Source: Paraspadella gotoi (taxonomy: Eukaryota > Animalia > Chaetognatha). Taken from it: DNA of 64,000 bases. Position numbers and translations under genes: made by a program. How positions within the stretch are numbered: the first letter of the stretch is position 1; every line of letters begins with the position of its first letter. Of this stretch, positions 39,006-50,816 are shown in pieces. Below the pieces are notes generated by a model that ran no database searches, was not told the origin of the DNA, and saw nothing but the letters and a program-made list of their open reading frames with translations. The stretch covers positions 28,405-92,404 of the forward strand of contig JBJCIZ010000239.1 in the NCBI GenBank assembly GCA_051294375.1, written 5' to 3'.

Positions 39006-39666
39006 GCAAGACTAGCTAAACCTTAGTCGAAGATTAAATATATGGTTTAGCATACTAAAAACCACACTACAAGAATCTGTAGCAGAGTCTTGACTTGAAA
39101 GCTTGCTGGTACCAACTATGTATTATATTGTAAGAGTGATGGAGGCCTTTGAACACACAAAAGACCTGTCGACCAATACAAGTCAGCTGGGCAAGATAGC
39201 TATATTGATATTAAACGAAATGATAATTTATTTTTATAACAATTTCTACAAGACGAAGCTCCTGAAATTTTACATCTGACCCGTGAAGTGATTCTTAAGT
39301 CTTACACCCATTTTAACATTCAAGTCAAATTAAGAATGATTTCTTACATTTTCAATTTTTCCGAAAATTCAAGTCCGTTGGCTTAAGAACTTACTCACCA
39401 TTTTTCACTTCCCGTTGGTAAGTTCTCGCCTTCCCAATCTCATTTTCTTTTTTTTTTTCCTCCTTTTTCTCGGTCGAAGACGTCTTACACAACGATGATT
39501 TCATTTTCCGATTCGGCGTGTCGTCGTCGATCGTCATCGTCGTGTCGGTCGTCGTCGTCGCTTGATCTTGTTTTATGACGACGAATACATTCTCTTTCTT
39601 TCCTTCTTTGCTCCTTATATCTTCCGACTCAGTGCATTGTAATCATTACGCGAGACCAGAACTAGA

Positions 39667-39730
<64 letters not shown>

Positions 39731-41537
39731 GAACGAGAGAGAGAGAGAAGAGAGAGAGAGAAGAGAGAGAGCAGAGATATAATGTGAGATGAATGTAAAG
39801 ATCGTGACGAGGTAACGGGCTAAAGGTGAGACGAAGAGACCTTTCTGGTAAAGCAGAGAGAGACGGAGGTAGAGGAGAGAGGAGAAGAGAGAGAGGAGAG
39901 AGAGAGGAGAGATGAACCTCTGTAGAGTCTGTACTAGAAGTGTCGAAAAAATGAAGTAAACGACATAATAGAAGTACATTAACTCGAGATGCTATTTTAT
40001 GAGAGGGAGAACAAGTAAGATGTTTAAGGAAATAGTCTACTAATGATAGAAATCAGAGCGAAATTAAAAGTTGGGGTTGCGAAACGAAAAGTGGATAAGT
40101 TTTTTAAAAAAAAAAAGGTAAACGGTTGAATAAAAAGATGGAGAGCGTTAGTGAACTTATCCAAAACAATTTAAAAACAAAACCGGGCGCCTCTTATTCC
40201 GAGAGCGCAAATTTCTGTTCCTATTATCCAAGACTTTAATTTCAACCTTAATATTTGACCTAAATATGTGCTTAAACATTTAAACAGAAAACCTAATCCT
40301 TAACGCCGAACTTCAAAACTTAATCTTCAAATTTAATTTCAATTAACTCAATTCTAACATTTGAACTTTCATTGTGGCATGCCTGGGGAAAATAAGAAAC
40401 GCCAAAAGTCGGTCCTTCCTTTCACTACCAACGAGTCTTTTTGAACGATGAGAGAATAAGATAAATATAACAAAGATACGAATATCTTTCCCTCATAACA
40501 GGAGTGAATGATTTTTGCAGCGACGCGCCAACAGAGTACCGACTCAGGCTCAAATCCTGGCAGAAAATAATCATAACGTTCCATTAAAAGATCACTATTA
40601 TGTGAGGAAGTCGAGAGCGAGAACTTGAAAGCAGTGAGTGAGCTTTACAAGCTTTCTGGAATGCCTTCTATAGGGGGCCGTTTGTGACGAGGCCCAAAGC
40701 AGATAAAGCGACAGGAAAAGTCGAGATTGAAGTAAAGACTATACAAATGACTATGAACAATGCATAGATAGACGACAAAGGCAACGGAGTCATGTCCAAA
40801 AAAAAAATCGGCGTCATTCTTTATTTCAGACTATCACCTATTCTTATATTAATTTAAAAAAAGAAAAAAAAAAAATTAAAGTGAATTAAAGCTCTTGAAA
40901 GATAATAAGTTTGGCATAAAATTTTATAAAAATTGGGCTAGTCATTTAGGAGCACTGAATTTGTTAAAAATAAAGTACTCCTACCGTAAGCTGATTATAT
41001 CATAATATTTCCTTTCCTTGGATTAAAAATGAAGTAAATTACACAGGACATCTGCGAATGATAACTTGGATAACTGAATATGCCCTAAATCCTATTGATA
41101 ATAATTTTAATGGAATTTAAATGAAATTTAAAGTTATATAAGTAGGCGTTTTTTTTTTTTGCGACAGGAGTGTACTTGATGGCAATGGCAAACGACAATG
41201 ACTGATAGCAAGACCAGGTAGCAATGATCAAGAGGAGGAATGACATAACTGTTAGCAAAAGCAAAGTATAGGTCTTGCCAAAGGCAACGACCTCTAACTC
41301 AAAAAAAAAAAAGAGCACAGTTTTGAGAATTAAGATAAAGAGATAAAAAGATTAAGAGCCCTCGCTTGACATCGACGGCGACGCACGACGACGACGACGA
41401 CACGTCGGCCAGCGGCAGCGGGCCGCGGCAGCGGTGCTCAAGGGGTCGCCAGTCGGATTTTAAAGAGAAACAGTTTTTTTTTTCACTTAATCAAGTGACG
41501 AGTCACGAAGAACGTGGAGCCCAGAGAGATAGAGGAG

Positions 41538-41622
<85 letters not shown>

Positions 41623-42732
41623 TGGGTCGCTTATAACGAGAAAAGGGTTCCAAGAACCAATCAACCGAGTGTCTTTCAATCGCGGAGATGCAAGCCTTTG
41701 AGATGACGCCAAAAACTATACGTCCAAAAAACTACGCAACGATGGACGCGACAAATACGCTCACAACTACGCCAACGATGTTATCGCGACCCCATCAGAC
41801 ACATATAGCTTCTTGCTAACATCGACAAAGATTGATTTACAAAAAAAGATGACAATACGACGAGAGCTGACGAGGTTAATGTTTAGGAGAAATATGTATA
41901 TGTTTTCATGTTATTAGATATGAAATTGGTACAACCAATATAAAAATTATCCTTCATTTAATAAACAAGTTATCTTGCCCCTGACTTTGGAAGGCTTATG
42001 GTGGTTTAAGGCCTCATCACTCTTACAAGATAATGACATAGCAGTATATCTTGTATATGTTATATTATTGTTATGTTATATTATGTAACAGCAGCTCATT
42101 CGAAACACTAAAATTTCGATCCAATCTTAAGGGACTGGTCCTTTTATAAAATCGAAACATTCTTTGAAAATGATTACAATTCATTGATCCGGAAGCCAAG
42201 TACTCTAGGTGTAATATAACGAGAGTGTGAGAGATACTTGATTAAAGAAGCTTGACAGGGACACCGCCTATGTCATTATCTGTGTAAGAGTGATGGGGCA
42301 CTTAAACCACCAAAAGCCGGTCAAAGTCAGGGGTCGAAATAGCTCATTAATTAGAACGATATGGACAATTTTTTATATTGGATATCAACAATTTCATGGC
42401 CATAGCATTTGTCATAATTGAAAATAAGCGACGACGAGAAAGAGACGATGCCGGGATGACTAACGACAGAGTCGGGCAGCCTGAGATCGACGACAAAAAT
42501 CTCCGATCACTCGGAAATTGCGTTTACTCTCCAAAGTCGCCAAAGTTTCTCTTGAAATCGAGACTTTTCTCTTTCTTTCTCTCCCGCCGCCGTCTCTAAC
42601 CACACGTCGCTTCGATACCTTTCACTAACCACCTCGCGCTAGTTTTTTGCCCTATCCAACGAACCCAACTATTTTTCTATCCGCTCGATTTACCCTGACT
42701 TATCGTCAAGTATTCAATGGTATACTATCCAT

Positions 42733-43353
42733 TAAGAGGCGGGCCAAAATTGAACACTTTATTAAACTTTTAATTCTCTCAAAAAAAATTCTTTTTCCTT
42801 CTATTACTAAATCGATTTTCAATGCAACTTTTGAATTAGTTCATTGGGTTGTTGCATCGAAGCTTTTAAATATTTATAATAATATTAATAAAATGACAAA
42901 AATTTTTTTTTAAAAAATTAGTTTTAAGAACGGATTCCTATAGAGCTCGAAAAGTTGAAAATGAAGTTAGTACTATAATTTTAAAAAATTTTGACAAGAA
43001 ATTGGTTAAAAACGAGAAAAAACGTTAAAAAAATCATCATGCATCATCAGCTAAAATTTTGTAGTTTTTTAAATTTTTTATCAATAAAAACAAAAAAATT
43101 TAAAAATTTGATTAATAAGTATAACCTTTAATCTAACTTTTAAAGCTCTATCAGAATCCATTAAAAAAAAATGTTGAAAAATTCCAAAAAATTTTTAACT
43201 ATATATAAGTAATAAAATAATCTTTAAATGCTTCGGTGCGCTTATTAATAAGATAATTTTTTACAAATTATTTTATTTTCATATTCTCTAACAGTCACTT
43301 TATCATTATTTATTTAGAGAGACATTCTAGTTTTCCAACCTGTTCCGCGCCTA
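42733..43353. mobile_element. ~620-bp foldback hAT-like MITE, polymorphic between copies
   Basis: TSD CTATCCAT at 42725-42732 and 43354-43361. Ends are taa(ga)ggcgggcc and ttccgcgccta. Internal arms ggattcctatagagct / agctctatcagaatcc. Single CTATCCAT at the equivalent site 29376-29383. Confidence 0.85.
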
Positions 43354-45123
43354 CTATCCATCCTTCATGACCATCATTGGCCATCTTATCGTATCCGCCA
43401 TTCTAATACACGCTCTTCCACCTATACCTCTCCTCCTTTCCTATCCTATTCAACTCTCCCCTACCTCCCCACTTTCCCCTAACAACCCTAACCTCCACCT
43501 TGTGGGCGTTCCCAACTCCGCCTTTAATCTGAGTTTTCGTCTTCCGCTATTCTCTTCGTTCCGACGACGACGGCCAACCAACCAAACAGACACGAACCAC
43601 CGACAACCAACCGAACCGAACCGCCGACCGACCGACCGACCGACCGACCGCGACGACCAGACCAACGACCGACACCGACCGACCGACCGACCGCACCGAG
43701 ACCGACCGAGCCGGACTTGGCCTAATCCCTATCTCTTGGCCATTCCCTAACCCTAATCCTTGGTCAATTCCCTAATCTAAATCTTGGCCTAAATCCTAAC
43801 TGGCCAATTCCCTAACCTAATCCTTGCGCAGTTCCTACTCTAATCCTTGCCTAATCCCATCCTTAGAAAGCCTAATCTAATCCTTGAACCCTAATCCCTA
43901 ATGCCTAATCCTTGACCTAATCAGCCCTGATCCAACTCCTTATCTTCCGGCATCATCCACTACTACTTGAGCCAACTTCGCCTCACCTAAATCCCTTGGC
44001 TAATTCCCAATCTAACCTCGGCNNNNNNNNNNNNNNNNNNNNNNNNNCTAATCCCTAACCCTAATCCTTGGCCTAATCCCTAACCCTTGGCCTAATCCCT
44101 AACCCTAATCCTTGCCCTAATCTCTAACCCTAATCCATGGCCTAATCCCTAACCCTAATCCATGGCCTAATCCCTAACCCTAACCTCTTTAATTTAAAGA
44201 ATTTAGAGAGAAAAAAATTTCGCCCGCGAATCTTTGCGACTTTTTTTTTCACAGAGAATCACAAATTGTGACAGCGGAATATCTCGGATTCAAAAAAAAA
44301 AATCATTTAAAGATTAAAAGACGTTTGCAAATAGAAATTTTTTTTTTAATATCAGCGCATGACGTAAATTAATATTAACACCATTGTTTACGGTTCACAT
44401 TTTCGTCAAGTTTTTTTTTCTCAATCGCTCCGATTCATCGCCATATATTTCTGTCACCTCACAATGCCACATTGTCATAATGTCATTATGTCTCTTCGTA
44501 TGATTACAAGAGCAGACGAATTCAACTTTCAAAAGTTTTGTCCCCCACTCTCTTTAATTAAGAAATTGTGTATTCAGCTTCAAGAATACGTCCACTTATA
44601 AATCCGTTTATTTTATCCGTCCATCCATCCGTCCATCCATCCATCCATCCTTCCATCCATCCATCCATCCATCCACTCCTCAATTTAATCACCACCTTTT
44701 TTCACTTTTATCACTGCCACTTCTCACTTTTATCACCGCCACTCCTAACTTTATATCATCGCATTTTCTCACTGACACACCTCACATTAATCACCGACTT
44801 TTCTCACTTCCAATTCTCACTTCTATCACCATCACTTCTCCCATCTCTATCACTTCCGATTCAAACTTTTATCACTATCATTTCTCCCATCTCTATCACC
44901 GCCAATCACTTTTATCACTATCACTTCCCCCAATCTCTCTCACCTCCTCTCCTCACATCTCTCACTGTACCTTCCCCCATCTCTCTCACTTCCTCTCTCC
45001 TTCGCTTCTATCACTATCACTTCCTCTCTCCTTCGCTTCTATCACTATCACTTCCTCACTCCTTCGCTTTTATCACTATCACTTCCTCTCTCCTTCGCTT
45101 CTATCACTATCACTTCCCCCCTA

Positions 45124-45421
45124 TCACCGCCATTCTCCTTCGTCGTCCCACAACGACGGACGTCGATTCTTCTCATTCCTTCTGGCGCAAACGACGTCGA
45201 CGACGCCGCCGCAGCAGCCGCCGCGGCAGCCGTCGACCCACCCGTCCACCGCGTCCAGCGCCTTGTCGGCCCAGCGCCGCGGTCCGGCGCCGCCGCTGGA
45301 ATTCGGGCGTCGAAATTCGGCGCCGGCGCGATCGGCGACGATGAAGACGACGACGACGACGAAGACGACGACGCTGAGGAGCGTACATGCAGGGGAAATA
45401 CGCGGAGGCGACGTTCGGAGG
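45124..45421 (-). CDS. MFS transporter last exon, copy A2
   Basis: Same exon as 31285-31592. In-frame stretch LLSVVVFVVVVVFIVADRAGAEFRRPNSSGGAG, with a possible end ...RRPSLWDDEGEWR*. Confidence 0.55.
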
Positions 45422-45444
45422 CTGATGGGGGGGGAGGGTGGAGA

Positions 45445-45586
45445 TGGAGAGACTTAGTGAATGGAGATGGATTGGAGAGAGAGAGAGAGAGAGAAGAGAG
45501 AGAGAAGAGAGAGAAGAGAGAGGAGAGAGAGAGAGAGAGAAATGAACGAATGGAATTGACATCAATCTAGTGAATGAAGAAAGAAT

Positions 45587-45638
<52 letters not shown>

Positions 45639-45797
45639 GAGATGAGAATGCACATCAAATCTAGTGAATGAAGAGATAGATTTGGAGAGAGAGAGAGAGA
45701 AAGAGAGAAGGAGAGAGAGAAGAGAGAAAGAGAGAGAGAGAGAGAGAATGATCGAATGGAAACAAGATCAAAATCTAGTGAATGGGATAAGAATGGA

Positions 45798-45829
<32 letters not shown>

Positions 45830-45901
45830 AGAGACGAAGAATAGAATCGAATGGAAGAGAACAATAAATCTAGTGAATGAAAGATAGATATTGGAGAGAG
45901 A

Positions 45902-45935
<34 letters not shown>

Positions 45936-45986
45936 ATGAAAACGAATGGAAAAAGACATCAAATCTAGTGAATGGAGATAGAATTG

Positions 45987-46029
<43 letters not shown>

Positions 46030-46427
46030 AGAGAGAGGAGAGAGAGAAAGTGACAAATGGAACGACGAATCAATCTAGTGAATGGAAGATAGAATTGGAG
46101 AGAAGAGAGGAGAGAGAGAGAGGAGAGAGAGAGAGAGAAGGGAGATAATGAACGAATGGAACGACATCAAATCTAGTGAATGAGATAGAATAATGAGGAG
46201 AAGAGAGAGAGAGAGAGAGAGAGAAGGAGAGAGATGAGAGAGAGAATGAACGAAATGGAATGACATCAAATTTATGTGAAAATGAAGGATAAGAATTGGA
46301 AGAGAGAGAAAGAGTAGAGAGAGAAGAGAGAGAGTGAGAGAGAGAGAGAGAGAGAGAGAAGAGAAGATAGAATCGAATGGAGAAACACTAACGACATCAA
46401 ATCTAATGAATGGAGATAGAATTGGAT

Positions 46428-46465
<38 letters not shown>

Positions 46466-46966
46466 GAGATAGAGAGAGATATAATGAACGATGGAACGAA
46501 AGCATCAATCTATGTTTGAAATGAAGATAGATTGGAGAGAGAGAGAGAGAGAGGAGATAGAGAAGAAGAGAGAGAGAATGAACGAATGGAAAGACGACTC
46601 AAATCTAGTGAATGGAGATAGAAATATCGGAGAGAAGAGAGAGAGGGAGGGAGAGACGACGAGAGAGAGAGAGAAGAGAGGGGAGAGTAAGAGAATGAAC
46701 AAATGGAAGAACAATCAAAATCTAGTGAAATGGAGATAGAATTTGGAGCAGAAAAGAGAGAGGACGAGAAGAGGAGAAGGAGGAGACGAGAAGAAGAGAG
46801 AGAATGAAATCAAATGGTAGAGCTATCAATCTAGTGAAATGGAGATAGAATTCTGGAGAGGAAAGAGAGAGAGAGAAGCGAGAGACGAGAGAGAGAGAGA
46901 GAGAGAGAGGAGCAGAGAGAGAGAGAGAGGAGAAGGAGAGAGAGAGAGAATGGAACGACATCAAAT
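45445..46966. repeat. Composite core+(AG)n satellite, ~15 units (copy A2)
   Basis: Same core as 31612-32478. Confidence 0.9.
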
Positions 46967-47481
46967 CTCTCCGCAAAATCATTAACGGTTCCACTCGACG
47001 AAGGTTGAATTTTTAAAAAAAGATGAAAAAGAATTAATGAGAGACGAAACATAAAAGAAAATCAGAAAAAAAACAAAAAAAACAGAGACGCACAAAACAC
47101 GAAACGGCGTCGAGAGATAAAAAAAACTGAATTTTCGTCGACGTCGACAAAAAAAAAATGGCGTCGATAAGATTTTTGTTAAATTTGAAAATTTTTTTTT
47201 AAAAAATCGAGTGACTTTTGTTTTAATTTGTCTTTTTCGAATCTCGACGATTAGTCGGTGAATAAACTCACACTTTGTGTGAAACGTGATAATTAATGGA
47301 TGTGGAAGAGTTGAGAATAAGGAGAGACTCTCTCTGCGCGTGACATTGTCTCTCGGGTTATTCACAGACATTGATTAAAAAAAAAATATTAGATGAAAAA
47401 GTCAACAATGACCAATTGAGAGAAAAAGTGGCAAAAATGTTTGTTAGGATAGGAAGACTGAATAAAAGAGAGAGAGAGACC

Positions 47482-47519
<38 letters not shown>

Positions 47520-49306
47520 GACCGAGAGGAGTCATTATACTCAGCTCTCTCCCCCGAAACGTTGCTAGCTCCGTAGACACGGAGCGGCCCGGCCGGGCTT
47601 CCGATCGACTACACTTCTCCTTCGGGGCTTCTTGAACCGCTCGGATCGGGGAGATTTTCTCTCTCTCGAATGGTGAGTGTACGGCCGCTTCCTTAAAGCC
47701 GGTCGAAGTCCGACGCGGATCGGGGCGGATATATATACTCTCTCTCTTTCTCTCTTCCTCTCACTCTCTTCTCTCTCTCTTTCTCTTACTCTCTTGCTTC
47801 TTTTGCCCGTCCTCTCTCTTTCTATCTTAGTTTTTTCTTTTAATGTATTATTGTCATCCGTCTCTCGTTTAAAAATTTCTCACATTTATTATAAATTAAA
47901 CGTGAATTTTTTTTAAATAACTATTTTGTGATAAGATTTTAAGTTATTCATTTTTTGGACTCTCAATGGTAACAAAGAAACCAAACTAACTTAATAACGA
48001 CATTCTCTTTTAGGGATAGCAGTATTCAGTATTTCACGAATTATAATAATAATAATAATAATAATAAATTTGGTTGTAAAAATAAGGCTTCTTTGAAATA
48101 ATCACCAAAATGAACCACAAGAAAACACATAAATGGATTAAATTAATTAAGTAGTAAGTAGTAGTACTAGGTAGTAGTAGCTTAGGGTTCTAGACAAATT
48201 TTTGCACGGGCTTTGTTTTCAACTTTGCTACAACTCCTGGTAATAAGCTTAAGGGCGACCATCTCAAACAGTATGGCACTAAGGAAGCTTTCTGAGACAA
48301 AAGACAACCTTAAAAAACTGTGCAAGACTTTTTTGGAAAAATTTTATATTTAGTCAAGTCAAATTAAATTAAATTAATGGGAGGAATTTTAAATCTGCTT
48401 TCAAAATAAGAAAAAAATATTTTAAAAATTTTTGACATTTACTATTTATAAATATGGCCTCTGGAAATATTAAAATTAAAAACATATTTAAAATATTCAC
48501 AGAGCTGCAGCTCGAATTTGATTCTACTTGATTAAAAATTTTTCTACTCTACTCTATTCTACTCTACTGCTACGTCCTCATGAATGCGTAACAAAAATGC
48601 AAATAATATATATCATCTTCATTGCGATCATTTTTATTCTTATCATATTTTTCAACAACTGTTCAGCATATTTAATCATTATTGTAGATATCTTTTTATT
48701 AATATTATTATTTAACCTCAAAAATCTTAATATTAAAAATTGTTGTCTAAATTTTATAAATATTTTTTTCCTTCTTTTTTATTTCTTTCTTCTCTCGTTT
48801 TTCTTGCTTTCTTTTTTTTCTTTCTTTTTTTCGACAACGTGGAAATACCTACCATAATGTAATATTTTCAAAAAAGGCCTTATCTCTTTAAAAGAAGACC
48901 TCCCGGATCCGGGCGCGAAACGCCAATGATCGAGTCCGCTCGGAGGCAGAGAGAAGAGCCTCGCGGTTGACTGAGGGTAAGAGAGAGAGAAAAGAAGTAA
49001 GTTCGCCCGCTGCGCTCCGATCAGATCCGACTCTGCCGTCGCGCGGATCCGGGAGATTAAGGAGAAGGAAGAGGGAAGAGGAGTAAGAAGAGCCGAGCGA
49101 AGTAGTCGAAGGCAGGGTAGAAGGCGATCGGCCGCTCGCGCGGCTGCTCATGGAGGCTGCGCTGATACGAAGGGATTCTGAGTAGCCATGAGAGAGAGTG
49201 GGAGAGAGAGAGAGGAGAGAAAGAGAGAGAGAGAGAGTAAACATTGACGTCACCCAACGCAATCAGTTTGATCAGAAACAATGGAGCTTATTAACAGACT
49301 ACTCCG

Positions 49307-49349
<43 letters not shown>

Positions 49350-49514
49350 GCGTCTCTCTCACTCTCTCCTTCTCTCCTTCTCGTTCTCTCCTTCCTTTCA
49401 TCTCACTCCTCTCGCTCTTCTCTCGTGATCGTCCATCTCTTCATGAAAAAGGCTAAAAAACGTGAACGACGTCCATCCGACTGAATTAAAATATTACAAT
49501 ATTCAAATCGATTT

Positions 49515-49576
<62 letters not shown>

Positions 49577-49615
49577 CTCTCACTCTCTCTTCCTCATCTC
49601 TCTCTCTCTATTCAC

Positions 49616-49693
49616 CTCATTAAAAGGCGTCATTTGAAATTTAGCGGCGAAGGATCGACGCAGAAACGGAACCATCTAGCTCCATGTTTCCAC
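49616..49693 (-). CDS. MFS transporter penultimate exon, copy A2
   Basis: gtcgcAG|gt gga aac atg gag cta ... gtt ccg ttt ctg ... atgag|GTGAAT. Confidence 0.55.
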
Positions 49694-50216
49694 CTGCGAC
49701 GGAGAAAAGGGAGAGCGTTGGGTGGGGGTGTGTGTGAAGAATTTGCCGTGAATTTAAAAAAAAAAAATAGATAGATTTCTAGGGATTAAAAAACGTCTCC
49801 ATAATTTAGTGAATTAACGATTAAACGAAAGGAGAAACATAAAATGTCGGATGTCCGACCGATTAATCGAGCAATCAAGCAATCACTCGATAAAAAAAAA
49901 ATCAATAAATCAATTAACCATAAACATTAATCAATAAAATCAGCAATCAATAAATAAATAATTCGATCGATAATCAATCAAACAATCGAACAAATCAAAC
50001 ATTCTATAAATCAATCCGTCAATCTATCGATAAATCGTAATTCGCCAACAACACATTTGGGTCTCGAACAATCAGAGAGCTCGATTCCATTTTTGTAATT
50101 TCTTCCCTGAGCCCTCTGATCCGGTTCCATCTCTGTATCCTCCTGTAATGAAAAACAATACAAAAAACAAACAACAACACACAACAAAACACAACAACAA
50201 CAACCACAGCGCGAAC

Positions 50217-50320
50217 CCAAAGTTGTCGATGACGAGAGTAGAAACGACTGCGGTCGCTCGAACCTTCGAAGGAAAGATTTCAACGACGATGGCCAAACAG
50301 AATTCCGATCCACATTTCAC
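50217..50320 (-). CDS. MFS transporter exon, copy A2
   Basis: In-frame CLAIVVEIFPSKVRATAV. Same splice sites as 34098-34203. Confidence 0.68.
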
Positions 50321-50674
50321 CTAAACAAATAAAACAGTTTTGTTTTGTTTGTTTTGTTTTGTTTGTTTTTTTTATTAGCTAAAGTTTAAATTTTATCTTT
50401 TTTTTTTATTACATTACTTTATTTTCACGGAAATAAATTTTTCAGCCAACTTTGTCGAAAAATTGTGACTTTCGATTTCACTACACTACCTAGTTGGAAA
50501 AGATTGACTTTAAGTCTCACGTTAACAAAAGTAGAGCTGCTCGGTTCTATCCCTGGTCAGAACATCCTCGCAAAAGAGGACGGGCCGGTAAGAAGACGTC
50601 AGATGGACGGCTTCATCCGCTGCAGCGGTTAGTTCGCTCTCGTGATAAGGAAGCGGCTACTATAACGTATTCTG

Positions 50675-50759
50675 TGCCCCCCTCAGCAGCCATGGACGTG
50701 TCCTGGGCTTGGAACCAGTTTTGAAGGTTTTCGCACGCCCCCAAGGCGGTTTACGACCG
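50675..50759 (-). ncRNA. Twister-ribozyme-like motif (best-preserved P4/L4 reading)
   Basis: ctg GTTCCAAGCC cag versus canonical ccg GUCCCAAGCC cgg, with upstream TAA..GC and downstream GAGGG. Confidence 0.45.
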
Positions 50760-50816
50760 TCCTCACGCTTCCGCGCAAGGTAGGTACGGGTNNNNNNNNN
50801 NNNNNNNNNNNNNNNN

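Larger units (their letters stand above)
36325..50791. repeat. Duplicated block, copy A2 (noisy, carries extra insertions)
   Basis: Colinear with 24410-34730, with scattered 1-bp indels. Confidence 0.95.
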
